Positions 1 to 7,491 are shown, counted from the stretch's first letter. The stretch: DNA of 40,230 bases from Hormoscilla sp. (GCA_051439505.1 JBFRWI010000195.1:1-40230); one strand, 5' to 3'. Program-made: numbers and translations. Notes: a model not told the origin generated them from the sequence alone.

Positions 1-171
1 GTGGTCCCTTGTGAGTCAGATGTAAAAAGCCCCTTTAACATGACCGAGGCAAACTTTACCCCTTTTTAGGGAGAGCCGAAAGGCAGCAAAATAGTCACTG
101 GCCACGCAGAAGAGTGGCTTTTTTGCGCCGCGTCAACCGCCTAGAGGACGGTATTTTCCGGAAATTACCAG
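1..171 (-). ncRNA. ssaA: probable 6S RNA (3' end outside window)
   Basis: Long interrupted self-complementary rod: GTCC/GGAC, AAAAAGCC/GGCTTTTT, TGAC/GTCA, and an inner ATTTTGCT/GGTAAAGT helix that pairs via G-U only on the minus strand. Resembles cyanobacterial 6Sa as recalled. A CATACT -10-like box lies at 178-183 on minus. Strand and ends are inferred. Confidence 0.6.
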
Positions 172-310
172 TTTTTTAGTATGCTGATACTCTGGCATTT
201 GGCGCTCGTCCCACTATAGCACTTAACAGAAGCGATATGTTCCCCCTGACCATGTGCTACTATACAACGCAAAGGTTTTGGGCCTCTTGCTTACGGCTCA
301 AAGTATAGAT

Positions 311-850
311 ATGTTTTTTATCTTGTTGGCTTCTTTTTGGACTAACTTTCTCAAGGGACCAGCATCATCTGAGAAATCGAAAGGGAAATCTCTCTCGATT
401 AGTTGGGTGATTCCTGGTAAGCTAGCTGTCGGACCCTTGCCCCAACCGGGTGACTCGGCCCAACTGGCAGCAGCTGATATTCAGGTTGTACTCTCTCTAT
501 GTGCGGAAGCAGAAGGTGCCTTACCTGATGATGTCAGGGAAAATTTTCAGTGTTTGCACTGGTTTTTACCGGACAGTCATTACGATCTGGAACTCAATGT
601 TTCCGATCTGGTTTGGGCGGTGGAACTGGTCCATCAGACGATCTCTAACGAGTTGCCCATTTATGTCCATTGTTTGGCAGGGATGCAGCGATCGCCCACT
701 GTCTGTATCGCTTACCTGATGCGCTATCATAAACTGGAACTCTGGGAAGCTGTTAACTGGCTCAAGCAAGTACGCCCCGCTTCTTCCCCGACTGAATATC
801 AACTGCGGGTGGTGCGGGAATTTATTTCACAGGAGGCTGACTCACCATGA
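311..850 (+). CDS. dual-specificity protein phosphatase family protein
   Basis: HCLAGMQRS catalytic P-loop (HCxxGxxRS). ORF track starts at GTG 254; the in-frame ATG at 311 is preferred but the start is uncertain. Confidence 0.85.
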   Translation: MFFILLASFWTNFLKGPASSEKSKGKSLSISWVIPGKLAVGPLPQPGDSAQLAAADIQVVLSLCAEAEGALPDDVRENFQCLHWFLPDSHYDLELNVSDLVWAVELVHQTISNELPIYVHCLAGMQRSPTVCIAYLMRYHKLELWEAVNWLKQVRPASSPTEYQLRVVREFISQEADSP

Positions 851-1341
851 TACGCGATCGCATTATACCAGGTCCGGGTCAAGAATCTGTTTGGGATTAC
901 CCGCGCCCTCCCCGCCTGGAAGATTCTGACAAGCATATCCAAGTGATCTTCAATGGGGTGACTATTGCCGATACCCGCAAGGCTAAACGGGTATTGGAAA
1001 CTAGCCATCCTCCAACATACTACATTCCACCGGAAGATGTCAAGCTGGAGTATCTAACCTCGACGCCCAAGACATCATTTTGCGAGTGGAAAGGACGTGC
1101 CCGTTACTACACGATCGCTGTAGGGGAGAAACAGGCGGCCAATGGGGCCTGGGATTATCCTAACCCGACTCCCTCTTTTGAAGGAATCAAGGATTATTTG
1201 GCTTTTTACGCGCAAATGATGGACGCTTGCTATGTTGATGGGGAACTGGTGCAGGCCCAAGCTGGTGATTTCTACGGGGGTTGGCGCACTAGCGATATTG
1301 TCGGTCCCTTTAAGGGCGGTCCCGGCACTTGGGGATGGTAG
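847..1341 (+). CDS. DUF427 domain-containing protein
   Basis: ESVWDYPRPP, LETSHPPTYYIP, CEWKG and GDFYGGW motifs; ATGA overlap with the phosphatase gene. Confidence 0.9.
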   Translation: MIRDRIIPGPGQESVWDYPRPPRLEDSDKHIQVIFNGVTIADTRKAKRVLETSHPPTYYIPPEDVKLEYLTSTPKTSFCEWKGRARYYTIAVGEKQAANGAWDYPNPTPSFEGIKDYLAFYAQMMDACYVDGELVQAQAGDFYGGWRTSDIVGPFKGGPGTWGW

Positions 1342-1385
1342 TCGGGCGATCGTTTTTTTCATCCATTACTTGCTTTCAAAATTCC

Positions 1386-1586
1386 ATGGTAAGTTCCATT
1401 CAAATTGACGAAAAACTACTCGAAGAAGCCCTGGCTTTGAGCAACCATTCAACAGTTAATCTATTAATAGAAGAGGCTTTGCGCGAATACATTCAACGTC
1501 GCAAACAACTGAAACTGTTGGACTTGTTTGGGACTATCGACTATGAAGAAGATTATGATTATAAGCAACAAAGACAAGTAAGATGA
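1386..1586 (+). CDS. VapB-family antitoxin
   Basis: IDEKLLEEAL...IEEALREYIQRRKQLKLLDLFGTIDYEEDYDYK pattern; ATG at 1386; stop overlaps the ATG of a toxin stub. Confidence 0.8.
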   Translation: MVSSIQIDEKLLEEALALSNHSTVNLLIEEALREYIQRRKQLKLLDLFGTIDYEEDYDYKQQRQVR

Positions 1587-1740
1587 AGGTCATTTTTGGG
1601 GTGCATCTCACTTGCGTAGGGGCGAAGCATTTGGATAGGAAATATGTCTATATATGACTTTAATTGTCGCCCAAATGCTTCGCCCCTACAGATACATCTG
1701 CAAATATGAGAGACAACCCTATTTTTGACCAGAATATTCT
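1583..1740 (+). pseudogene. vapC (PIN toxin) N-terminal stub, MITE-interrupted
   Basis: ATGA-coupled to vapB. Removing the MITE and one target duplication gives MKVIFDQNIL, matching the PIN start pattern MKhhhDTxh; the rest of the gene is absent. Confidence 0.6.
1599..1719. mobile_element. MITE with GGGTGCATCTCA-type terminal inverted repeats and an internal GTAG-type REP palindrome
   Basis: Ends GGGTGCATCTCA / TGAGAGACAACCC; flanks CATTTTTG / TATTTTTG (7 of 8 match, target duplication); internal GTAGGGGCGAAGCATTTG...CAAATGCTTCGCCCCTAC. Confidence 0.75.
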
Positions 1741-1743
1741 GAA

Positions 1744-1812
1744 TTATTTCAATTGGGCATCAATAATTTTAAGCAAATATTTTTCAAAGTTTTTTCTCAA
1801 GTCAAGGTTCAT
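1744..1812 (-). pseudogene. RelE/StbE-family toxin N-terminal stub
   Basis: ATG overlaps the antitoxin stop; MNLDLRKNFEKYLLKIIDAQLK* resembles RelE starts of the type MNVEFRKSFEKDLLKI. Confidence 0.65.
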
Positions 1813-2018
1813 GGTTGTCTATTAAGAATTTGGAAGATCTGATCGCGGCTGACGGTTTCGGTATTTTCACCTTCTGCGATCGCATTTTTCATCCCTATAT
1901 CTTCTAGGGTTTCTGCTAAAACTTCGGAAAACAGTTCTTTTTGTTCTTGCAGTAATTCAAGAATTGCCGTATTGAGCAATTCTTTGAGTTTGGTTTCATC
2001 TAGAGTAATTTCAGCCAT
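1809..2018 (-). CDS. putative antitoxin of a RelE-type TA pair
   Basis: Small acidic protein with LAETLEDIGMKNAIAEGENTETVSRDQIF tail, typical of cyanobacterial RelE partners; coupled to a RelE stub. Confidence 0.65.
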   Translation of the reverse strand: MAEITLDETKLKELLNTAILELLQEQKELFSEVLAETLEDIGMKNAIAEGENTETVSRDQIFQILNRQP

Positions 2019-2151
2019 CGCTTGTTTGCTTTAATTGATTACCTAAATTATAACGCCAACTGTGGATTTAGGGCAGTGGTGTTTTTTGACGAGTTGCCCA
2101 TAGATGCGGGTAGTAGGACGATTTGTCTCAAGAAAGCGGCCCTCGATGAGG

Positions 2152-2181
2152 TTGACGGTTGCAGCGAGAACGTGCCATAAT
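2152..2181 (+). promoter_or_regulatory. putative sigma70 promoter for the two downstream antitoxins
   Basis: TTGACG-18 nt-CATAAT with extended -10 TG. Confidence 0.4.
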
Positions 2182-2206
2182 TAGATAATTTAATTAACTA
2201 TTGACT

Positions 2207-2407
2207 ATGACAACTAATGTTGAACTTAATGAAGAATTGGTGCAAGAAGGATTGCGCTTAACCAAATTAAAGACAGAAAAAGAATTGATTGAATTTGCTT
2301 TGCAAGAACTGATACGCACCCGCAAAAAGCGGAATCTACTGGATTTAAGCGGACAAATTAAATTTGCCAGCAACTACGATTACAAATCTTTGCGGTATAA
2401 TCAATAG
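2207..2407 (+). CDS. VapB-family antitoxin (no toxin follows)
   Basis: TNVELNEELVQEGLRLT..KTEKELIEFALQELIR..KKRNLLDLSGQIKF..YDYK; ATG 2207 preferred over TTG 2201. Confidence 0.8.
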   Translation: MTTNVELNEELVQEGLRLTKLKTEKELIEFALQELIRTRKKRNLLDLSGQIKFASNYDYKSLRYNQ

Positions 2408-2418
2408 GAGGCTCGATC

Positions 2419-2646
2419 GTGCAACAGGTTGACATCACTGAGGCTCAAGTCCAAATTAGTCAGCTTCTTCAATTTGCTCTGAGGGGTGAGGAAATTATCA
2501 TCACCCGTGACAATCAACCGATCCTTAAACTGATTCAATTCGGGTCTCCTGCCAAACGGCGGCAACGAGGAAGTGCCAAAGGACAGATCCAGATGGCTCC
2601 CGACTTTGATGAGCCACTAGAATATTTTCGAGAATATATGGAATGA
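2419..2646 (+). CDS. Phd/YefM-like (DUF2281-type C-terminus) antitoxin
   Basis: ALRGEEIIITRDNQPILKL and RQRGSAKGQIQMAPDFDEPLE motifs; AGGAGG RBS. Confidence 0.8.
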   Translation: MQQVDITEAQVQISQLLQFALRGEEIIITRDNQPILKLIQFGSPAKRRQRGSAKGQIQMAPDFDEPLEYFREYME

Positions 2647-2709
2647 AAATACTCATCGATACCCATACTTTTCTATTACATTAGTGCAGATCGGAAATTT
2701 GATAGTTAG
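2643..2709 (+). pseudogene. vapC toxin with large internal deletion
   Basis: MKILIDTHTFL (PIN N-terminus, 2643-2675) joined out of frame to ISADRKFDS (PIN C-terminal motif, 2680-2706). Confidence 0.8.
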
Positions 2710-2711
2710 CA

Positions 2712-3132
2712 AAAGAAACCGGGTTTCTGAACACATCTTGAGGTTCTGATGCCAATTTTATTAGAGAAACCCGGTTTCTGGCCTTGGGGCGATCAGGCAG
2801 GTTGGGCGATCGGGCAGCTAAAGAAACCGGGTTTCTGCACAAATCTTGCGGTTCTGATGCCAATTTTATTAGAGAAACCCGGTTTCTGACCTTGGGGCGA
2901 GACCTTGGGGCGATCGGGCAGCTAAAGAAACCGGGTTTCTGCACAAATCTTTTGCTTGTGATGCCAAAGTTATTAGAGAAACCCGGTTTCTGACCTTGGG
3001 GCGATCGCGCAGGTGGGGCGAGACCTTGGGGCGATCGCGCATTGATAAAGAAACCGGGTTTCTGCACAAATCTTGCGGTTCTGATGCCAAAGTTATTAGA
3101 GAAACCCGGTTTCTGACCTTGGGGCGATCGCG
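2712..3132. repeat. four tandem 69-bp AGAAACCGGGTTTCT...AGAAACCCGGTTTCT units with HIP1-bearing linkers
   Basis: Units at 2712-2780, 2820-2888, 2924-2992 and 3047-3115; linkers built from CCTTGGGGCGATCG. A related short copy lies at ~30271-30316. Confidence 0.9.
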
Positions 3133-3140
3133 CGGGTGGA

Positions 3141-3221
3141 TCCCGTCAAGATATTGAAGAAATAATCAATTTAGAAACTTATCTCCAAGAACAAGGCTAC
3201 ATGGAATCAACAAAATTATAG
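3141..3221 (+). pseudogene. 3' gene remnant of unknown family
   Basis: Protein-like open frame SRQDIEEIINLETYLQEQGYMESTKL* with no start; begins right after the repeat array. Confidence 0.3.
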
Positions 3222-3276
3222 CATTGAAGTAGACTATGTCAGTCATCGAAACCCTAAACCGCAATATTGAACTTCG

Positions 3277-3350
3277 TCAATTAGTCTCCTGGCCAGCAGT
3301 GGGTTTTAACCCACTGCTAATAGCTAAAGTCGGTTTTAACCCACTGAAAA
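3277..3350 (-). repeat. double-hairpin REP-like element (GGGTTTTAACCC)
   Basis: Reverse-complement homolog of the units at 7561-7763. Confidence 0.8.
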
Positions 3351-3355
3351 TTGTA

Positions 3356-4690
3356 TTATTTAGCATCGCAATATTGCTTCTGTACGATGCTGTTAGGTTC
3401 AATACTATCTAGTAACCATTGATTTCGATTGCGATCTAAAATTATATTAAAGATTAAGCTTTCACAATTATTTAGACCATTTTTCATATAATACTTTAAC
3501 CAAACTTTAATCTTTGCTTTACTGCTATTCTGGGCAAAAGTTTGAAAAGCATATACTTCGACTTTTTTGACAGAATTCCACCAACTATCATTATAATTAA
3601 GTCTTTTGGCTTCTCGTGGTATCCAGTTATCACTGAGTAACTGGATGGCTGAGTTTCTATTCCTTGTTGCTAACTGATAATATCGAACAATGGTTTTTTT
3701 AGGAGCCGAGATTTGCGCGTTAGAATCAGATGCAAAATTAGCGTGCGATCCTGGTTGCGATCCTGCTAATATCCACCAAGATGCAAACCCTGCTAAAATT
3801 ATGCTAAATATAAACGTTAATGCTAGATTAAATTCACTACTATTGCTGTTATCAGTAATTCCATTGGTGTTTAATTGTCTTTTTGCTGAGGATGAAGTTA
3901 TGAACAAACCTATCCTAAAATATACAATACTTGCAAGTATGTTAATAGGGAAAGCCAAAATCCATTGCCAAATTCCAGAAAACCTAAAACCTAAAACAGA
4001 AGCTCTTAGCGAATAAAACCAGTAACTGAAAAAGTTATTAATTATAACTCGATCGTCTTTTATCCAATCTATAAAATCAGATACATAAGCTAGATTTTTA
4101 ATCTTTTTATGTGCTAGATCGGTAAAAATATCAAAATAAACATTGCTTGTCGCTCCTGATGTTATTATATTTAGAAAGTTATGATAATCTAAAATTGTGT
4201 TGAAAAAACATAAAAAAATCACAAATGGACATATCAAAATCAACAATGCTTGAGGACCTAATACATAAAGTAGTGGAGCAAAACTCCAGCCTAAACACGT
4301 AAAAGCCGCCAATAAAATACGCCAAACTCCTTGGTAAGGTAAATTAGATATATTAAATAAATTAGATATATCTATCCCTTGTTCTTCTTTGATAGCATCT
4401 TTGATAGCCTCTTTGATAGCAGTCCAGACAAACAAGAGAAATACGACAAAAACACCAATAATTACAACAAGTAATTTATCTAGCCATTCTGTGCCTGTGT
4501 TCTGGGTAATATTGATCAAAAAACTATTCAACAAATACTCCCTGAATTGATTAAACCATATCATTACAGGTCTAACAATAAAAATCAACAGAAAACGAGC
4601 GATTAATGTGATTAAAATAGAAAGCCCTAAGCCTAAAATCGGTAAAAAGAGATGGTATAACTCAAATTTAAAGCTTTTACTGCTTGTCAT
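3356..4690 (-). CDS. AT-rich multi-pass membrane protein with C-terminal extracytoplasmic domain
   Basis: Several hydrophobic segments. C-terminus (IVRYYQL...LLSDNW...WWNSVKKVEV...LKYYMKNG...QWLLD) resembles domains at the C-termini of cyanobacterial Ser/Thr kinases. AGGAGG precedes ATG 4690; the frame is open to 4735. Confidence 0.7.
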   Translation of the reverse strand: MTSSKSFKFELYHLFLPILGLGLSILITLIARFLLIFIVRPVMIWFNQFREYLLNSFLINITQNTGTEWLDKLLVVIIGVFVVFLLFVWTAIKEAIKDAIKEEQGIDISNLFNISNLPYQGVWRILLAAFTCLGWSFAPLLYVLGPQALLILICPFVIFLCFFNTILDYHNFLNIITSGATSNVYFDIFTDLAHKKIKNLAYVSDFIDWIKDDRVIINNFFSYWFYSLRASVLGFRFSGIWQWILAFPINILASIVYFRIGLFITSSSAKRQLNTNGITDNSNSSEFNLALTFIFSIILAGFASWWILAGSQPGSHANFASDSNAQISAPKKTIVRYYQLATRNRNSAIQLLSDNWIPREAKRLNYNDSWWNSVKKVEVYAFQTFAQNSSKAKIKVWLKYYMKNGLNNCESLIFNIILDRNRNQWLLDSIEPNSIVQKQYCDAK

Positions 4691-4736
4691 AAGACCTCCT
4701 GAGCGAGTTTCCGAAATCTCAACTTGTCTTAACATA

Positions 4737-4896
4737 CTGGAGAGTGCGAAGTTCTCCTAAAAAACGAATTACGCTAAAAGCTGAAAGCTTTGGACACCTT
4801 ACAGGATATTGAAGCCCCCGAGTTATGTTCTATCGCCTTTAGATCGTTGAAAGCCTAAGCAGACAAAAGTTCTTCAAAGAACTTCGCACTGTCTAG
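4737..4896. mobile_element. MITE-like element with 19-bp terminal inverted repeats
   Basis: CTGGAGAGTGCGAAGTTCT / AGAACTTCGCACTGTCTAG (17 of 19 match); no clear target duplication. Confidence 0.7.
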
Positions 4897-5086
4897 GCAT
4901 CAAGAGCGTTAGCCATATTTCCAGCAGCCAGATTACCTAAGACTGTCGCTAAAATGGCCATCCGGTCACTCATCCTCTTTACTACTTCCTACTTACTCTT
5001 GAGGATGCTTTCAACACTATGTCCGAAGCTATACGTATGTGCTTGCGGACTTTTCTATCGTAATTTGGTCGCCTCAATATCGACAA

Positions 5087-5324
5087 GTCGGAAAAAGACG
5101 GATAAAGACGGGGAAAAACGGGACTTTTCTTAAGAAAATGTGAAAAGGGTGGATAAGGACGGATTATAGGAGGGCTATAACTATAAATTTTGGAAGTCCC
5201 TTGCAGGGGGAATAGGCGAAAGACGGATAAAGACGGATAAAGACGGAAACTTTCTTAAAAAATGTCAAAAGGACGGATGATGACGGATAATGGCGGATAA
5301 GTAAATTTTTCGGAGGAGTCCGGA
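5087..5324 (+). repeat. 10-bp-phased GACGGA direct-repeat array (putative operator)
   Basis: Motif copies or variants at 5087, 5097, 5107, 5117, 5148, 5158, 5222, 5232, 5242, 5272, 5282 and 5292. Confidence 0.8.
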
Positions 5325-5330
5325 GCGAGG

Positions 5331-5861
5331 ATGGACTGGCAAGCGGTGTTAAAGTCGATCGATGATTTGGTCTTCCAGCAAACCGGGAAGCACCTGAATA
5401 ACCTGCAACTGGAAATTGTGAAGGGATTACTCAACGATCATAATTACGCAGAAATCGCAGATACGTATAAATGCACCACTGGTCATGCGAAAGATAAAGG
5501 ATACGAACTATTGCAACTTTTGTCAGATATTTTAGGCGAAGATTTAAATAAATATAATTTTCGTGCTGCTGTTGAACGTTTAGGATTCTCTAATTCTCAA
5601 CATCAGAGCATTGGTAATCTTCATATGGGCAATATCCATATTTCTCCTAATCCCGAAACGGCCAAATTAGAAAACCGAGATGCGGCGAATACTGAATCAA
5701 ATCTACAAAAGACAATAGATCCCAATGCAACGGTGGAGAATGTTTTGCACGCAACTAAATTAAATACTGTATCTAAGTTAACCAAACACGGCTTAACAGC
5801 AGAACAAATTGCCGAAGCTGTTGATTTACCTTTACATGAAGTCCTGGAAGCGATGAAATAG
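5331..5861 (+). CDS. HTH protein (N-terminal HTH of the type found on cyanobacterial NB-ARC/AAA proteins) with short C-terminal HTH-like tail
   Basis: LVFQQTGKHLNNLQLEIVKGLL...YAEIADTYKCTTGHAKDKGYELLQLLSDILGE; tail GLTAEQIAEAVDLPL. Confidence 0.75.
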   Translation: MDWQAVLKSIDDLVFQQTGKHLNNLQLEIVKGLLNDHNYAEIADTYKCTTGHAKDKGYELLQLLSDILGEDLNKYNFRAAVERLGFSNSQHQSIGNLHMGNIHISPNPETAKLENRDAANTESNLQKTIDPNATVENVLHATKLNTVSKLTKHGLTAEQIAEAVDLPLHEVLEAMK

Positions 5862-5976
5862 ATTAACTTTATCCGATCGCCCCAAGTTCTAGCGTAAAAT
5901 TATATGGGCGATCGCACGGCAAGGAATTAAGTTGCCATGAGCGATCGCAGCACCATGACCAAAGGGCGATCGGATC

Positions 5977-6744
5977 CTAATTTAATTCATCTGGATCTAT
6001 CCCACGTTCTTGTAGCTGACTGCGCAACCTTTCATATTTTGCCTCTGCTGCATCAGCCCGTTGGCGTTCTGCATCAGCCCGTCGGCGTTCTGCTTCTTTC
6101 TGTAGCATTTCTTGGATAGATGATTCTGTGGGATCTGGAACCAACTCCCCCGTTGCCGTCAAAAACCTCAGCTTTTCTTCTACTATTCCCAAATACAATT
6201 CCAGCTGTTCGCTCCACATCCAGCCCCGATCGTTCCGTGGTATTTCCACATATTCTCCCTGTTGAGAAAGGCGTAATCCTTGGAACTCCAAGCTATAGGG
6301 ATCGAACCAAAAATATTCAGGCGTTCTGAATACATTCTGGTATAGTTCTCTCTTAGTAACCCTATCAGTTTCCGCAGTCGAGTCTGATAGCATTTCTACA
6401 ATCACATTTGGATACTTGTCATCTTCTTCCCACACTACCCAACTTGTACGTTCTCTGTACTCCGTGTCCAATACTACAAAAAAATCTGGACCCCGGAAGT
6501 TCTCGTTCCGGCGCTGACGCGGACTGTAATATATCGTCAAATTTCCGGCTGCAAAGAAATTGTTGCGTCGTTCTGGCGGTGCATCCGGGCGATCGCGCCA
6601 CCACCAGTTCAGGCACCACATTAACATCATGATTTGATTGAGATGGCGATATGTTTCCAAGGGCGGTTCATCACTCAAAAGTTTACTAGGCCGATATTTT
6701 AGCACATCGGGTTTGCTACTTGCAACCATAGCTCTATACTCCAT
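5977..6744 (-). CDS. Uma2 (DUF820) family putative endonuclease
   Basis: SDEPPLET, GPDFFVV, WVVWEE..KYPNVIVEMLS.ST, PEYFWFDP; AERQRAD coiled-coil tail. Confidence 0.9.
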   Translation of the reverse strand: MEYRAMVASSKPDVLKYRPSKLLSDEPPLETYRHLNQIMMLMWCLNWWWRDRPDAPPERRNNFFAAGNLTIYYSPRQRRNENFRGPDFFVVLDTEYRERTSWVVWEEDDKYPNVIVEMLSDSTAETDRVTKRELYQNVFRTPEYFWFDPYSLEFQGLRLSQQGEYVEIPRNDRGWMWSEQLELYLGIVEEKLRFLTATGELVPDPTESSIQEMLQKEAERRRADAERQRADAAEAKYERLRSQLQERGIDPDELN

Positions 6745-6810
6745 ACTCCTATCTCTAGTCTAGCACAAGATTGACGGCAATGGTCATATTCTCGAAAGCG
6801 ATCGCAGACC

Positions 6811-7020
6811 TCATACGTTGTCATCATCAATTCCCTCCCACAGTCGGGCAACTGGAATTGTTTGACCGGTCATTGCTTCGTGCCATGCTTGCCGAAAATC
6901 CTCCAGAATTTGCCTTTTGGGTTCGTCATCATCGCCCTGGTTTGTATCTATTGACAAATGCTCATCTAACGCCAGTTTTCCCCGATCGTCAATCTTTTCC
7001 ATAACTTTGATAGCTTTCAT
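6811..7020 (-). CDS. putative antitoxin, possibly internally shortened
   Basis: MKAIKV...GKLALDE and ILEDFRQAWHEAMTGQTIPVARLWEGID, typical of cyanobacterial proteins upstream of RelE/HigB toxins; ATG at 7020. Confidence 0.6.
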   Translation of the reverse strand: MKAIKVMEKIDDRGKLALDEHLSIDTNQGDDDEPKRQILEDFRQAWHEAMTGQTIPVARLWEGIDDDNV

Positions 7021-7069
7021 AATATCTCCAATGGCCCCCACCTGCCCCCAAACTAGCCCTATATGCAGC

Positions 7070-7100
7070 GGTTGGGTTTCGTACCTCAACCCAACCTACG
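7070..7100 (-). repeat. GTAG-type REP hairpin
   Basis: Minus strand reads GTAGGTTGGGTTGAGGTACGAAACCCAAC. Confidence 0.6.
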
Positions 7101-7113
7101 GCTTCGATCGAAC

Positions 7114-7226
7114 GGGTGCATCTCACTTGGGCACGGGCGAAGCATTTCGATAGTCAATTTTTCAATTTATGACATAAATTGTCGCCGAAATGCTTCGCCC
7201 CTACAAATATAATATGATATGCACCC
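7114..7226. mobile_element. MITE, same family as 1599-1719
   Basis: Terminal repeats GGGTGCATCTCA / TGATATGCACCC; perfect 8-bp target duplication GATCGAAC (7106-7113 and 7227-7234). Confidence 0.85.
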
Positions 7227-7254
7227 GATCGAACAAATAATCCTCCATTGATTT

Positions 7255-7440
7255 TTATAACTTGTCTTTTTTATAGCGGTTAATGGCAGTTTTCAGCGCC
7301 GAATTGAGTTCTGGAGGATCGTTAATTGCAGAAGTGACAATTTCCCAGTCTTTTTCAGAGAGAGTAATAGATTCAGTTTGCACCAGGTCTTTCCCCACAA
7401 AATCGGTAGCAATTTTTAGGATATCTTCGCTTAAACTCAT
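7255..7440 (-). CDS. DUF1778 (TacA-like) antitoxin, probably N-terminally truncated
   Basis: GMSLSE..L...ITLSEKDWEIVTSAINDPPELNSALKTAI pattern. Confidence 0.65.
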   Translation of the reverse strand: MSLSEDILKIATDFVGKDLVQTESITLSEKDWEIVTSAINDPPELNSALKTAINRYKKDKL

Positions 7441-7491
7441 ACCTTTTTGGAAAAAAATGCGGTTTACATTTATATTATTCTTCGGTTAAAA

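Noticed and set aside
40..130. c-di-GMP-I riboswitch (GGCAAAC...GCAAA)
   Set aside because: The GAAA-tetraloop P2 stem and downstream P3 do not fit; the whole-region rod structure fits 6S RNA better.
2681..3090. ORFs 2681-3067, 2784-2993 and 2869-3090 as proteins
   Set aside because: They are translations of the palindromic repeat array (QKPGF/RNRVS/ETGFL).
2712..3132. CRISPR array
   Set aside because: Units are 69 bp, linkers resemble each other rather than being unique spacers, and no cas genes are present.
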